Source of the DNA: Epiperipatus broadwayi
Lineage: Eukaryota > Animalia > Onychophora
Assembly: GCA_028023455.1 (NCBI GenBank)
Contig: JAQFVV010000003.1
Coordinates: 9,548,001-9,612,000 of the forward strand
Reading direction: 5' to 3'
DNA length: 64,000 nucleotides
Part shown: positions 50,151 to 62,774 of the stretch, piece after piece
How positions within the stretch are numbered: position 1 is the first letter of the stretch
Layout: every line of letters begins with the position of its first letter
Made by a program: the position numbers and the translations under genes
Notes under the pieces: model-generated
Seen by the model: the letters and a program-made list of their open reading frames with translations, nothing else
Databases searched by the model: none
Told to the model about the DNA's origin: nothing

Positions 50151-52857
50151 TGGGCATAATTGCTGAGATATTCTTGACTTCGTTTAAGGAGAAGCCAAAT
50201 ACATCACATCACATGGAAAATTTGTTTGCTGTGATCAAAAGTGGGTGAGGATGATGGTCTGCATCGACTAGACTCAGGGAGAAATCAAGAGCTCATGAAT
50301 ATTGTTCAGACAATTGAGAAAATAAAAGTACTAAGACAAACATCAGCCAAATTAAGTTTAAATAATTTGAAAATTTTATTAAGAGTAATATAGCACTTCA
50401 AAGTAGATATTTGCACACAATAAATGTGATCCTATCAGGCATGTACTAACCAAAAACTAAACATCAATGCTCTGGCAGACAGACTAATTTTCTAAAAGTG
50501 AATTAGAAAAGATGGGAATAATTTTCCTTCAGCTGGTAATTCACCTAAGCAATTCAGGTTTCCTTATTCAAAAGTTCTAAAATGAAAAGCAAATGAGAGT
50601 TTCTTGCATGAATCAATGAAACCAGCATGGGCAAGCATCTGTAACTTATTGACTACTGATGTCATAATGTCCATAGAACTACTGCATGGAAAAATCACGT
50701 TTAAGATCTCCATGGTTGATTACATTGCAAGAACAAAAAAATGATAAATGAATATGATGGAGTATAAGTGATAGAATGGGAGAAAACTTAAATCTCCAGT
50801 TTAACGAAATAAGGAACTTAAGAAAATACTCTGGCATAAATGATTTAAAATGGAGAAAACATTAAATATCCGATTTAAGGAAAACTGATGTTTAAAACTG
50901 GGGAACCACCAACTAAATGATTGGTCAAAACTAAGCTAAGAATAATAATTAAAAAGTCTCAATAGGAGACAGGTAAGTAATTAGAAAACCAGTTATGTCT
51001 GCACAAGCATTTATCCAGAAAGTGAAATAATTAGAATTACAAATAATTTTACAAACTAAATTTTCAATACACACTCTGACAAATAAATTTAAAGCAAAGA
51101 AAATAAAAGAACAAATCTAGCAAACAAAATACTAAAGTTTGACCTAGATTTTTGTAAGTTAATTTATCAGAGAGTGTATAAGAGCCAAAAATATGAAAAC
51201 ATTAAATGCCTTAGCAGAAAGAAACATACTATCACCTAGAATTTAAATGGGAATTAAGAGTATCTTCCTGCTGGTGATTTATAAAAGAATAACAATTCTA
51301 GTTTTCTGATTCAGAGATATATAAAAAAAAAATATGGTCTTGTAAGAAATCAGTAAAATGGTGCTGACAAGCATTTCTTGCCCAGAATAATGCGTCGAGG
51401 CAAGAACATCATTTTGTTGGCAGGACAGTTCTATGATTATAATGTTTAATGCAATTCATGGCTGATTTACGCATATGAGACAAAAGACAAATATGATTAC
51501 AATCTTATGTAATCTACAAAAGAAGAAAGGAAATCTCCAATCAAGAAAAACTAGAATAACAAACACGTTAAACCGCCAGCCAAAAGATTTGCGGTTTGCA
51601 AAAAGCACAAATACAATAATTTAGATTAATTATTGAAGGATAAAAATAGGGACAGGTGATCAAACTAAAATTTACACAAGACTGCCAAAGCATTTAGCAC
51701 GAGTTAATAATAAAACAAGAAGGGATAATAAGCATTTAAAATATAAACTCACAATACCCTCACTGATAAATAAAATCGCAAACAAACTTGGAATCTTAAA
51801 ACTAAGATTCCAAGACACACTAGAAATACAAAGAAAAACAAAAACATAAAAATTATTAGATTAAATAATTAATAAAATTTTATATATCACACATATTTTA
51901 GATTGAGTGGAGATTTAATTAAAAGAATTTATTTACTCTGGAAAGAGTAAGAAAGCAGAGTTCACATAGTTTTTCAAAAGTGCGCACATTTATATTTTTG
52001 AGTTCAAATTTTCAGGTGTTTCTTTTCTTCATGGTGGCAAGTGTAAAGGCATATTTTGGGATTCTTTTTCTCTCAGATTTTCATGACATGATGTGAGAAC
52101 ATATGGGCATCAGGAGTCCTTATTTAAGTTAGCAAGGCATGTTGTAGGTTATCATTCGCAAAGCATTGAATTTTGACATTTTGTGACAGCAAATTTAAAA
52201 AAAAGGAATTCAATATTCGAACTGACAACACTATGAATCACAGCAGGCTAATATGAAATGAAAAGTATAATTATAAGAGACTGAATCAGTTACAGTGAAA
52301 CAGAGCTAGCTTTGTCAAGCCAAGAATCTTCTAAAAATGTCTGAAATTTTTGGGGTTATTTATACCCCCACACTATTTCCCAGGTAAACTTTCTTGTTCA
52401 ATTCTAAGCCTTAGCCCAGGACAAATCTAAATCTCCTGCTCAACCTTAATTAAGAATTCTAACCAGGGATTAACTTATAGAAAGTCAACAACACCAAATT
52501 AAATCTGCTTTTAAAATTGAACTAAAATTAGATTATAACTAAAATAAAAGAAACAGGAATGTAATTAAAAAGTTTGCTTGCTTTTAATTAATTTGCTAAA
52601 AAAAAAAGTAAAAACAAGCAGTAAAAGAAAACTGTTTTAGAAATCAATTTTATAAAAAAAATACAATGACCTATTTTAAACATAACTGAGTATGTATGTT
52701 AATACACATACTCTTATAAACAATTTTTAAATGGTTTTAAATTTTTTTAACTTTAAAAATTTAATGGAAATAAAAGTTGTTTTTTTATTTTTGCCAATGA
52801 AATCATTGAATCAGATAGAGCAACCGGTATACTTTTACATCTTTTTCTGCATTAATT

Positions 52858-53256
52858 GTAATAAATTAATAAATTTTTGACCATTTAAAAGCAGAAATGG
52901 TTTTCATAATTTAAATATCTTTATTCAGCTTAGCATTTTGAATACTATTAGTATCATAGTCATAACTTTATACAATTAATTTCGCTAAAAGCTCATCTTA
53001 TATGTATTTGTTTATTGTTTATAGGATTTGCATAAAATTGAATTTATTGTGGTCTCTGTAACATCTTTTATATAGATTTGAATATAAATAAAATGATAAA
53101 TTCAATTTTATGCAAGTTCTATAAACAATAAACAAATACATATAAGAGGAGCTTTTAGCAAAATTAATTGCATAAAGTTATGACTATGATATTAAAAGCA
53201 CTAAGCTAAATAAAGATATTTAGTTTTAAACCATCAAACATTTATTAATTTATTAC
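52858..53256. repeat. Foldback element (~400 bp)
   Basis: ATCATAGTCATAACTTTAT...TGCATAAAATTGAATTTAT is mirrored by ATAAATTCAATTTTATGCA...ATAAAGTTATGACTATGAT; outer GTAATAAATTAATAAAT / ATTTATTAATTTATTAC. Confidence 0.85.
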
Positions 53257-54404
53257 TATAATTTAACAGATAAAATATAATTTTATTTCAAACCTAGAAA
53301 TAGATAGTGAAATTGAATTTTAGCAATATGTTTAATATTGTCAAATTTTATACTTTATAATTGTTATCTTACATTTATAATTGTGAAATATGAGCTTTGA
53401 ATTCTAAAATAAAACTTCAATAACAAGTGACAGAAAGTACTATGGAAACCAAAACCTTTTAAAAAATAACAGAGTTACAAAAAATAATATATTTGACTAA
53501 AAATAGAGGTCAATATAATATTATACAAATTAAATATGAGCTAGAAACATCATTTGATTTTAGGTTTGTAATTACAATGTATTTATGCAATATAATAACA
53601 TATCACCAATAAAAATGTCATTATTTTAAAATTTTTTGTTAATAATATATATTATTAAAATGTATTTATCTATAAAATTCAACACTGTAGCACACATACA
53701 TCTATATGGCCAATCATTTATTTGAATCATTACTGCAAAAATCATTTAAGTAATTATATGTAATGCAATTAATTAAAAAAGGCTTGACAGATAATCAATG
53801 CACACATATTATTAATAGAAAAGCCAATGCACTGTTTTATTAATTGTATAATGTGTGTATATAATCATTTTCGTAAATAATGGGATTTTAGTCTAGCTTT
53901 GTCAAAAATACTCTGATCAAGTGCCTGGTTAAGCACTAAATGTCCACACATTGGGATTGAATTCTGTTTTTATTATTTTAGTAATAATAATTCTTTAGTA
54001 AAAAAGAATAATATTAATTTTCTGATTATTTACTTGATAAGTCAAATGATATATAAGTTTTAAAATGATAAGTTTGAACACATTGATATCTTTTTGTAAA
54101 AATTTTCTTATCCGAAAATTAATCCCGAAATCTTTATTATTTGATTTAGCCATTTTTATTATTTGATTAACTAGTATATTAAATATGTTAGTTTCAAAGG
54201 GTAAGACACACACACACATATATATATTAAATCAAAGATTTTATCTGACTACAGATATAAATGAAATATTATTCAGGTACATCATGTATAATTTATTTAA
54301 TGTATATATAAACTGATGTTTCAACCAGGTTACACTGGTCATCAACTGGATAACAAATATAAAATAATAATAAAGGCAATTTAAAACATTGAAATATTTG
54401 TTAT

Positions 54405-54886
54405 ATTTTTATATTAGAAATATTACAATCAGATATTAATAGACAATGGGCAGGAAATAAATAAATAAGGAAAGAATAAAAAGTTATGAATTTGGTTTCC
54501 TTAAAAGATATATTAATGTCTATATAAGATCCAGAGATTGCATTTATAAAAGGTATCCTTTTGAATGCAAAAAAGGATATGCAGTTTACTATTTTCATTG
54601 ATTATTGTCTAATAACACTTGATTGTGATATTTCTACATATGTTTTATTTTTATATTAGAAATATTGCAGTCAGATAAATAGAATGATTAGTAAATAAAT
54701 AAGAAAAGTAGAAAAAGTTATGAGCTTGTTTTTTTTTAAAACATATATATTTATCATAATGCTTTAGTGTCTATAGAAGACTCAGAGATTACATTTACAA
54801 GGTGTACCCGTTTGAATACAAAAAGCATTTGCAGTTTACTATTTTCATTGATCATTGTCTGTTAACACCTGACTGTGATATTTCTA
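54405..54886. repeat. Tandem duplication, ~245-bp unit x2
   Basis: TATTAGAAATATT.CA.TCAGATA, AAAAGTTATGA and GCAGTTTACTATTTTCATTGAT...TGTGATATTTCTA each occur twice, ~242-250 bp apart. Confidence 0.8.
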
Positions 54887-54961
54887 ATATGAAAATATAA
54901 CAGATATTTCCATATTTAAAAATTTAAACAGTAACATCTGGTTAAAAATTATGAATTTATA

Positions 54962-57900
54962 TTGTAACGGTATATAATATGCCGTTACATTAATTTAAAA
55001 TTAGAATAAAATTTTTTTAAGTTCGTAAATAAAAAACTAAAAGCTAAAATTAAAAAGAGTTGTTCAATGTATGTATGTATATATATATTCACACAGATGC
55101 AAAACTTTAAAAGTATTTCTTTTTTTAAATAAATAAAAAAGTATTTGAACGTACTTTTTTTATAAAAAAAGATAAAAGATCTAAATATAAAATATTTTAG
55201 AAAAAAGTAACGTAAGTAAAAATAGAAACAGGTATTAATTAATTCCTGAAATCTCAAAATGGAAATGATTGTGTTATTAATTATCGAAAAGCAAACTAGC
55301 CCTTGGGGATCTTATATAATTAAAAAGTCAGATGAAAGATATAGATAAAAATTAAAGATTGTTTCCCACTCTGAAACAGAATGTCCAATAGAAGCAGAAA
55401 ACCAGCATTCAGACCCTAATGAAAATGGTTGATTGTTCAATGAATCCGGACGATGTGTATGAAAAGAAAAATATTGAAATTAAGGAAGTTCCAGCTTGAT
55501 TTTGTGAGAAGGGCAATAAGATGCACTTGTCACCCTCTCTCACTTATTCCAAAGAAATAACTTGAATTATGAATGGTACTGTTGCAGACCCGAATCATAT
55601 GGATTCTACAATAAAATAAAATAATACCAGGATTGAACCAGCTAAGGCCACCTTCAGATAGACCGGTCTTCAAATAAAGACTTCATGGGAATTGACACCA
55701 GGAACCAGGACTCTTCTACTGTAAGAGATATAACTGAAAAAATTTTAAAAAAATAATTAAGAACTTTCAAGATTTGACAAGCTAAACCTAATTTTTTTAA
55801 AATGAACTTTAATCTGACTTTTCAAATCAATTATTAATGTTTAATTTTTATACTTTTGAGTTTGCTGACTTAATCATTTCCATTTTTTTATATTTATTGA
55901 CTAAATTATTTAAATGCATTAAATTTAAGTTGAGTATAGATGACGGCATAGATTCGTTAATGTTTAATTATGTTTTTATTTTCATATTTGATTAAAATAT
56001 TTAGATATTCAGTAAGTATAATACTTCATGTTGAGTATCTAAAAATGTATTTATTCGAGTGTCTTTTAAGTTATTGGTGTCAATGTGGCATCTTATGATG
56101 AATGCCATTGGGTTTCTTGTAAATTTCCCTCTGCAATTCCATCAATGACTTTATATTTTGATCGTTTATGTTTATTTTGAAATGTTTTTGACTGAGTAAT
56201 CTATGTAGCCTATCTATACTCAACATTCTAAAGTAAAATTTATTAATATGTCCATCTGTGCGAACTGTTTAAAATAATAATTTAAATTTAAAAATTAATA
56301 TTAAAATCTAAAGAAATTTTATTCCTCAATTTTATTTATATGTGCGTTAATAAATGTTATTGTGTGTTAATTACTGATAGTGGTTTATTTTATTTTTTTA
56401 AATATTAATATATTTTGAGAATATAAATCTTTACAAAACCTTATAAAAATGTTTTAAATCTCTGCTACTCCATGAGCTAGTGACTAGGGGCTATGAAACT
56501 TAACTTACGCATCTGCCTACTCTATAAATTTTTTAGGTTCTAATGGCCTAGTGGCGCCCTGTATGGCAAATATGGAAATACTTAATTTCTATCCAACTGT
56601 TATAATTGGCCCCATGTTGGGCACCAATTATAATGGTCTGATAGAAATTAAGTCTTTCCGCATCTGCCATACAGGGCACCACTAGGCCATTTGAACCTAA
56701 AAAATTTATAGAGTAGGCAGATACGTAAGTTCAGTTTCATATTTTTCATATATATTTTATTCCAACCGTCATCCCTAGTCACTAGCTCATGGAGTAGCAG
56801 AGATTTAAAACATTTTTATAAGTTTTTGTAAAGATTTATATTCTCAAAATATATTAATATTTAAAAAAATAAAATAAACCACTACCAGTTATTAACATAC
56901 AAAACATTTATTAACGCACATGTAAATAAAATTGAGGAATAAAATTTCTTTAGATTTTAATATTAATTTTTGAATTTAAATTATTGTTTTAAACAATTCA
57001 CACAGATGGACATTTTAATAAATTTTACTTTAGAATGTTGAGTATAAATAGGCTACATAGATTACTCAGTCAAAAACATTTCAAAATAAACATAAATGAT
57101 CAAAATATAAAGTCATTGATGGAATTGCAGAGGGAAATTTACAAGAAACCCAATGGCATTCATCATAAGATGCCACATTGACACCAATAACTTAAAAGAC
57201 AGTCAAATAAATACATTTTTAGATACTCAATGTGAGGTATCATATTTACCGAATATCTAAATATTTTAATCAAATATGAAAATAAAAACATAATTAAACA
57301 TTAATGAATCTATGCCGTCATCTATACGCAACTTAAATTTAATGCATTTAAATAATTTAGTCAATAAATATAAAAAAAAATGGAAATGATTAAGTCAGCA
57401 AACTCAAAAGTATAAAAATTAAACATTAATAATTGATTTGAAAAGTCAGATTAAAGTTCATTTTAAAAAATTTAGGTTTAGCTTGTCAAATCTTGAAAGT
57501 TCTTAATTTTTTTTTTTTAATTTTTCAGTTATATCTCTTACAGTAGAAGAGTCCTCGTTCCTGGTGTCAATTCCCATGAAGTCTTTATTTGAAGACCGGT
57601 CTATCTGAAGGTGGCCTTAGCTGGTTCAATCCTGGTATTATTTTATTTTATTGCAGACTCCATATGATTCAGGTCTGTAACAGTACCATCCATAATTCAA
57701 CAGTTATTTTTTTGAAATAAGTGAGAGAGGATGACAAGTGCATCTTATCACTCTTCTCACAAAATCAAGCTGGAACTGTCCTTAATTTCAATATTTTTCT
57801 TTTTATATACATCGTCCGGATTTACTGAACAATCAATCATTTTCATTAGGGTCCGAGCGCTGGTTTTCTGCTTTTATTGGACATTCTGCTTCAGAGCAGG

Positions 57901-58297
57901 AAACAATCTTTAATTTTTATCTATATCTTTGATCTGACATTTTAGTTATATAAGATCCCCAAGGGCTAGTTTGCTTTTTGATAATTAATAACACAATCAT
58001 TTCCATTTTGAGATTTCAGGAATTAATTAATACCTGTTTCTATTTTTACTTACATTACTTTTTTCTAAAATATTTTATATTTAGATCTTTTATCTTTTTT
58101 TATAAAAAAAGTACGTTCAAATACTTTTTTTTTATTCAAAAAAAGAAATACTTTTAAAGTTTTGCATCTGTGTGAATATATGTACATACAATGAACAACT
58201 CTTTTTAATTTTAGCTTTTAGTTTTTTATTTATGAACTTAAAAAAGTTTTTATTCTAATTTTAAATTAATGTAACAGCATATTATATACCATTACAA
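54962..58297. mobile_element. 3.3-kb palindromic (foldback) element, class unknown
   Basis: Arms of ~1.65 kb are reverse complements along their whole length (about 90-95% by eye); apex CCCA-TGT-TGGG at 56611-21; TATA on both sides (54958-61, 58298-301). Confidence 0.92.
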
Positions 58298-58408
58298 TAT
58301 ATATATTGAAATCTAATCAATTATTTATAAATTTTATAAAATTATTATCAGAAATATTTTATTAAAGTTAATCTAAGATAATAATAATTAATTTGATTTT
58401 TTTTCCAG

Positions 58409-58524
58409 AGAATTTAGTGCTCACAAGGTTCAGTCTACAAATCTTGTGTTGTTGATGGTTGATTCACTGTGTAGCTGCGATGTCAACAGTGGTCCTATGT
58501 CTTTTAAAGCAAAACCAATTATAT
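58409..58524 (+). CDS. CACNA2D: alpha2/delta exon g (K-EFSAHKVQSTNLVLLMVDSLCSCDVNSGPMSFKAKPII)
   Basis: ttttccag| acceptor; first A completes AA|A; matches the F.V..I..SNL..L.VD..C.C motif of the delta subunit; ends phase 1 at a U12-type donor. Confidence 0.92.
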
Positions 58525-58534
58525 ATATCCTTTT
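58525..58534 (+). promoter_or_regulatory. U12 (minor spliceosome) AT-type 5' splice site
   Basis: ATATCCTTTT is a perfect match to RTATCCTTT. No credible GT donor occurs before the in-frame TAA at 58548-50. Confidence 0.8.
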
Positions 58535-61500
58535 CAACATTTATTTATAATTTATTTTAGCTGAAAAAAAAAATTTATCCAATCAATACATTGTAACCAA
58601 AGTATATATTAAAAATAATGAAAATAAACAGAACTAAATTTAGGTCAGTTGAATTGTAAATATTTGTTTAAATTTTAGAAAATGAAAACTTGTATTTAAT
58701 AAAACATTAAAGTATATTATTTTTTATAGAACTAAACATAATAGAAAGTACAAAAATATTTTAATTTGATAAATTAAATGCAATACTATTGCTGTAACTA
58801 TTAAATAACTAAATGTGTGGTTTATATATGTAATTGTCAGATATTTTACGGTAATATCTCACACTAAACCTCCAATGTATATTTATTTATTTCAAAGGAA
58901 TGATTTATATTGCTGTATATTTGGAGAAAGTTTGAAAATATTGAATACAATTTTAATAATTCTTTTTTTTTTTGGTACTGAAAATCATTATTAAATATAA
59001 CCATAAACTGAAAATCATTAAGGTTGTATTTAATATTTTTAAGATTTTCTCTGAATATATGGTACTAATATTGTATTTACTTATTATATTTTAGTGATAG
59101 AATTATCAGTTATTTCGATTTTAATTTGAATGATTTTTTAAAATTATTATTTAAAAACTTTATAAAAATTTATAATATTATAAAAATATATAATATGAAA
59201 TTGATATCTAAGATAGCTAACTGGCTTCAGCATAGCAAAATATGATAAAAGCACTATTATTAAAAGATAAAGCTAATAAAAACAGGGTAAGATTACATAG
59301 AACTTAAGAAATTACATAATTAATCCAAAATGCCAAATTTAAGTATGATTTTCCTAGGCAGAAATTTAAGAGCATATATATATACATGCAACTACATGCT
59401 ATGTCAGCAACTTGGACTCGAATCCAGGCTAAAAAAACTTAGAAATTTTTTTCAATAAACTTACACTCTTTCAAGTAACAAGTTCGAAACCCATAACTAA
59501 CCTGGCTAACTAATATTATTTGATAAATGAATATCTAACTATTTTAAATAGGAGACAAAGGAAGATAAAACATTGATCAAATGTCACCACACAAAAATTA
59601 GCAAGCGTAATGAATACTTCTTTCTTTTTTACTATTCTTTTGTGAGGGGTCTTTGCTCTTATAAATTTTATTTAAAGATTTCTTTGCCTTCTTATCTAGA
59701 CATAAATGTATTGTACCAGTCAAAACATGTTGCTGGAACTCAAAAAATGTACTTCAAACCCAGTCAAGCCCGAGATTTAGGTCAGGACCAACCTGAATTC
59801 AAACCCACTCTATAAGCCCCAGATCAAACACCTAATGAATAATATATAATGATGGCATATGAGAATTTATTTTAAATCTGGCCCACTAGCAGAGCGGAGA
59901 AGACAATGAGACTCAATATTAACTAAATTAAAATATGCATATACATAGTTATATGTGTGGAAGTGAAGAAACAGGAATTCGAACAACTCACATAAGTTTA
60001 GACAATAACAAATAGTTTAATATAATGACAAATTATATACATTATGAATTAATTGCATACATTAGTATATGCGTGAATGAGCAAGCAGTCTACCAAACGA
60101 TAATTACATAGTGAAATTCATGCGAACTATTCTCATATGCTCTTTATTAATTAACAGTATATATACATTTACACACATCTTTGGTGGGTACGGTATTAAG
60201 ATGCCAATCATTTATTAGAAAGAATTTATATAAGATTGCTATTAACACTTTGGATTATGGTTCTGAAACATGGCGACTAACATTATTTTGGGGAGCATTC
60301 TGAGATTCATTATATATATATAAGAAAATTATTTTCACGCCATTATGGTCTTGAAAATAAGTAAAACACATTTGAAAATTACATTTAGTTATATGACAAA
60401 AGTATTTGTTGAAAATTCTTTTAATTAACATTTAATGGACAGAATGCTTTATTTTCCCCAAGGCAGATAGATATTCTTAAATACAGAAATAAATTACGAT
60501 GACAGGATTGTATAACCAGACTGAAATAACATTAATAGTAAAAGTAGTGGTACTTGGCATTTTATATATATATATATATATATGTAAGCAGAGTGCAATT
60601 TTAATATTAGAGCATTAAAACTGGATCTTGAAGCAAAAGAGATAATAAATGGAGAAGTGGCAGTACTGACATTATGGCAAATAAATAATAGGAAAAAGGT
60701 CATGCTTCTGGACAAAAACAAGGTCTAAGACCTACTTGGGCAGTGCTTAGAAAAATGTGGATATGGCATGCCATGGACATCACCAGCATGCAGAGGCATT
60801 TTATACAAAGAAAGTGGTCCTGAGATGGTTAACTATCCACAGGACAAGGCATGAGAAGAAATCTATGGGTTCGATCTTGTCGTAACCCCCAGATTAGAAG
60901 CACATGTATATATAATCATGAAGATAAGACCGAATTTCAGTAACGCAGTATGGATAAATGTCACTAATGACATTGAATAAGATTTACTGCTTTAAAAAAT
61001 AAATGACCCTTGTTTGAATGCCATAATTTAGACAAATAATATGCTATGCTGCTGTAATATATACATATACAAGATTTTATTTAGTAAAAGGAGTATTAAA
61101 ATTTACCCCCTTCCATTTTCTGTTATTTAAAAAGAATTCAATCTCATCTTCGTGGATTTTGTAATCACTAAAATATTTTAATACTGTGTTTGATATTGTA
61201 AGAGTATGAAAAATAAAGTAAAACCAGCAGTTATATAGAAAACAAATAATAAATCACCCTTTCAGAATGGAATAATAACATTTATAAAATAAATAAGGTT
61301 TAAGAACATTAATTAGCCTAAGAGTTACAAATAACAAAATTTTATACTAAAATAGAAACAAAATGTCTCATAAAAAAACAATCAGGCAAGAGTATTAATT
61401 AATAATGCATTATGTTTTAAGGGGACATTAATAACCTTAATTCATGGATGTTTACTTAAAAAGAAGAAAGAAAAGATTTTAAAAATTCACCTCATCAGGT

Positions 61501-61739
61501 TGTTTAAGATTGGCATATTAATAATAAAAGCATACATATAAAATCAAGTAATAAATAACTATAAATAAATGACTGCACCAAAGTTAAAGAAAGTTAGAGA
61601 TATGAAATAGAATAAGATTCATAAAATTGTTTGAGAGCAATTTACATTTTAATAAGATACAAAGTTAATAAATAATACATTAGGAGAAATCTTAATAGAG
61701 TTTGAGATTAGTTAGGCAAGCTAGATTTAGTTTCAATGG

Positions 61740-62250
61740 TGATGGTTTGAAATAATTTATCTTGTACCATTTTAAGGTCCATTTTTTTAGTCAGACCATG
61801 CATAGCAGTTCAGGGATCCATGTTAGTTCTTATATGATAGCAAGATTTTGTTCAGCATTCTAAAGTTCTCTGTCGGGCTTTTACTTCATTCTACAGAGCA
61901 TAATGGTACGGTAGCGAACAAAAATGACCCACAAGGGTCGGAAAGGTGATGAGCTTTCTATTCAATCATTTTTAAATTTTTAACCAGCATGGCTTATCTT
62001 GACAACACAGTTCTCTCAATAGTAGCTAATCCTTTGGCATTCAAAATTAGCCCATTTTATACTCCTGCCCAGATATTTGAAGAATGCTTTCAATTTCTTA
62101 TCTAGCTTAAACATAATCTTTAATCCAACAGATACATAAGTCAGGAACACTCATGAATTCTGCCCTATTTGCCTATTTCCCAGATCTATAACATTATGAG
62201 CAACAATCCCGATGATATTGATTTAATTTACTTCTCACCACCGGCATTGC
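61740..62250 (-). mobile_element. Heavily decayed L1/Tx1-like ORF2 fragment
   Basis: Minus-strand NIWAG...LNAKGLATIERTVLSR*AMLVKNL...RPLWVIF resembles the post-RT region of L1/Tx1 elements. Confidence 0.3.
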
Positions 62251-62774
62251 TCATAGGAGACACAAAAAGACTCCAGGCTAAATTTTAATGATAGACTAAC
62301 TTAAAAATGAACTATACTTTAGGAGCAATGAAGGCTCGTGACCTTGCATATTAACTATATATTTAGCGGAGACCATCTAGTCATATGAAACATAACTAAC
62401 AAATGGATATTAAATTAAAGAAAGCAATGATTCGAGAGTTGATGTATATATTTTAAGATTTATTAGATTAATAACAAATAAATATGTCTGGTTATTTATC
62501 CGACACTAGCCTCATAAGTGTTATATAAGTGTTATATATATATATAATTCAGATTTTACAATAACTTGATATTTGCAGCTATGCCAATAATATATGTATA
62601 TGACTTAAGGAATTAGCGCTATTGGAAATGTATTACTAAAATATTATTCCACCCCCAGAGAAACGAAAAGAGTATTTACCCGACTTAAAAGAAAATAGTT
62701 TAACAAGCAAATATTACATTTTGTTTTTATTCAATATCATTATTAATTTGATTTGTAAATAATTAATGTGCAGG

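Noticed and set aside
53995-55257. Numerous 60-90 aa ORFs in AT-rich intron DNA here and throughout the ORF track
   Set aside because: Composition (F, I, L, N, K, Y) is as expected for random frames in very AT-rich DNA; no motifs or splice context.
55300-55730. Idea that recurrent TAA/TAG/TGA in relic ORFs reflect a variant genetic code
   Set aside because: Host exons have no in-frame stops, and the two palindrome arms show CAA vs TGA at one codon, consistent with mutational decay.
61434-61455. ACCTTAAT...TTTAC as the U12 acceptor
   Set aside because: The following sequence is low-complexity Lys-rich and unlike the delta C-terminus.
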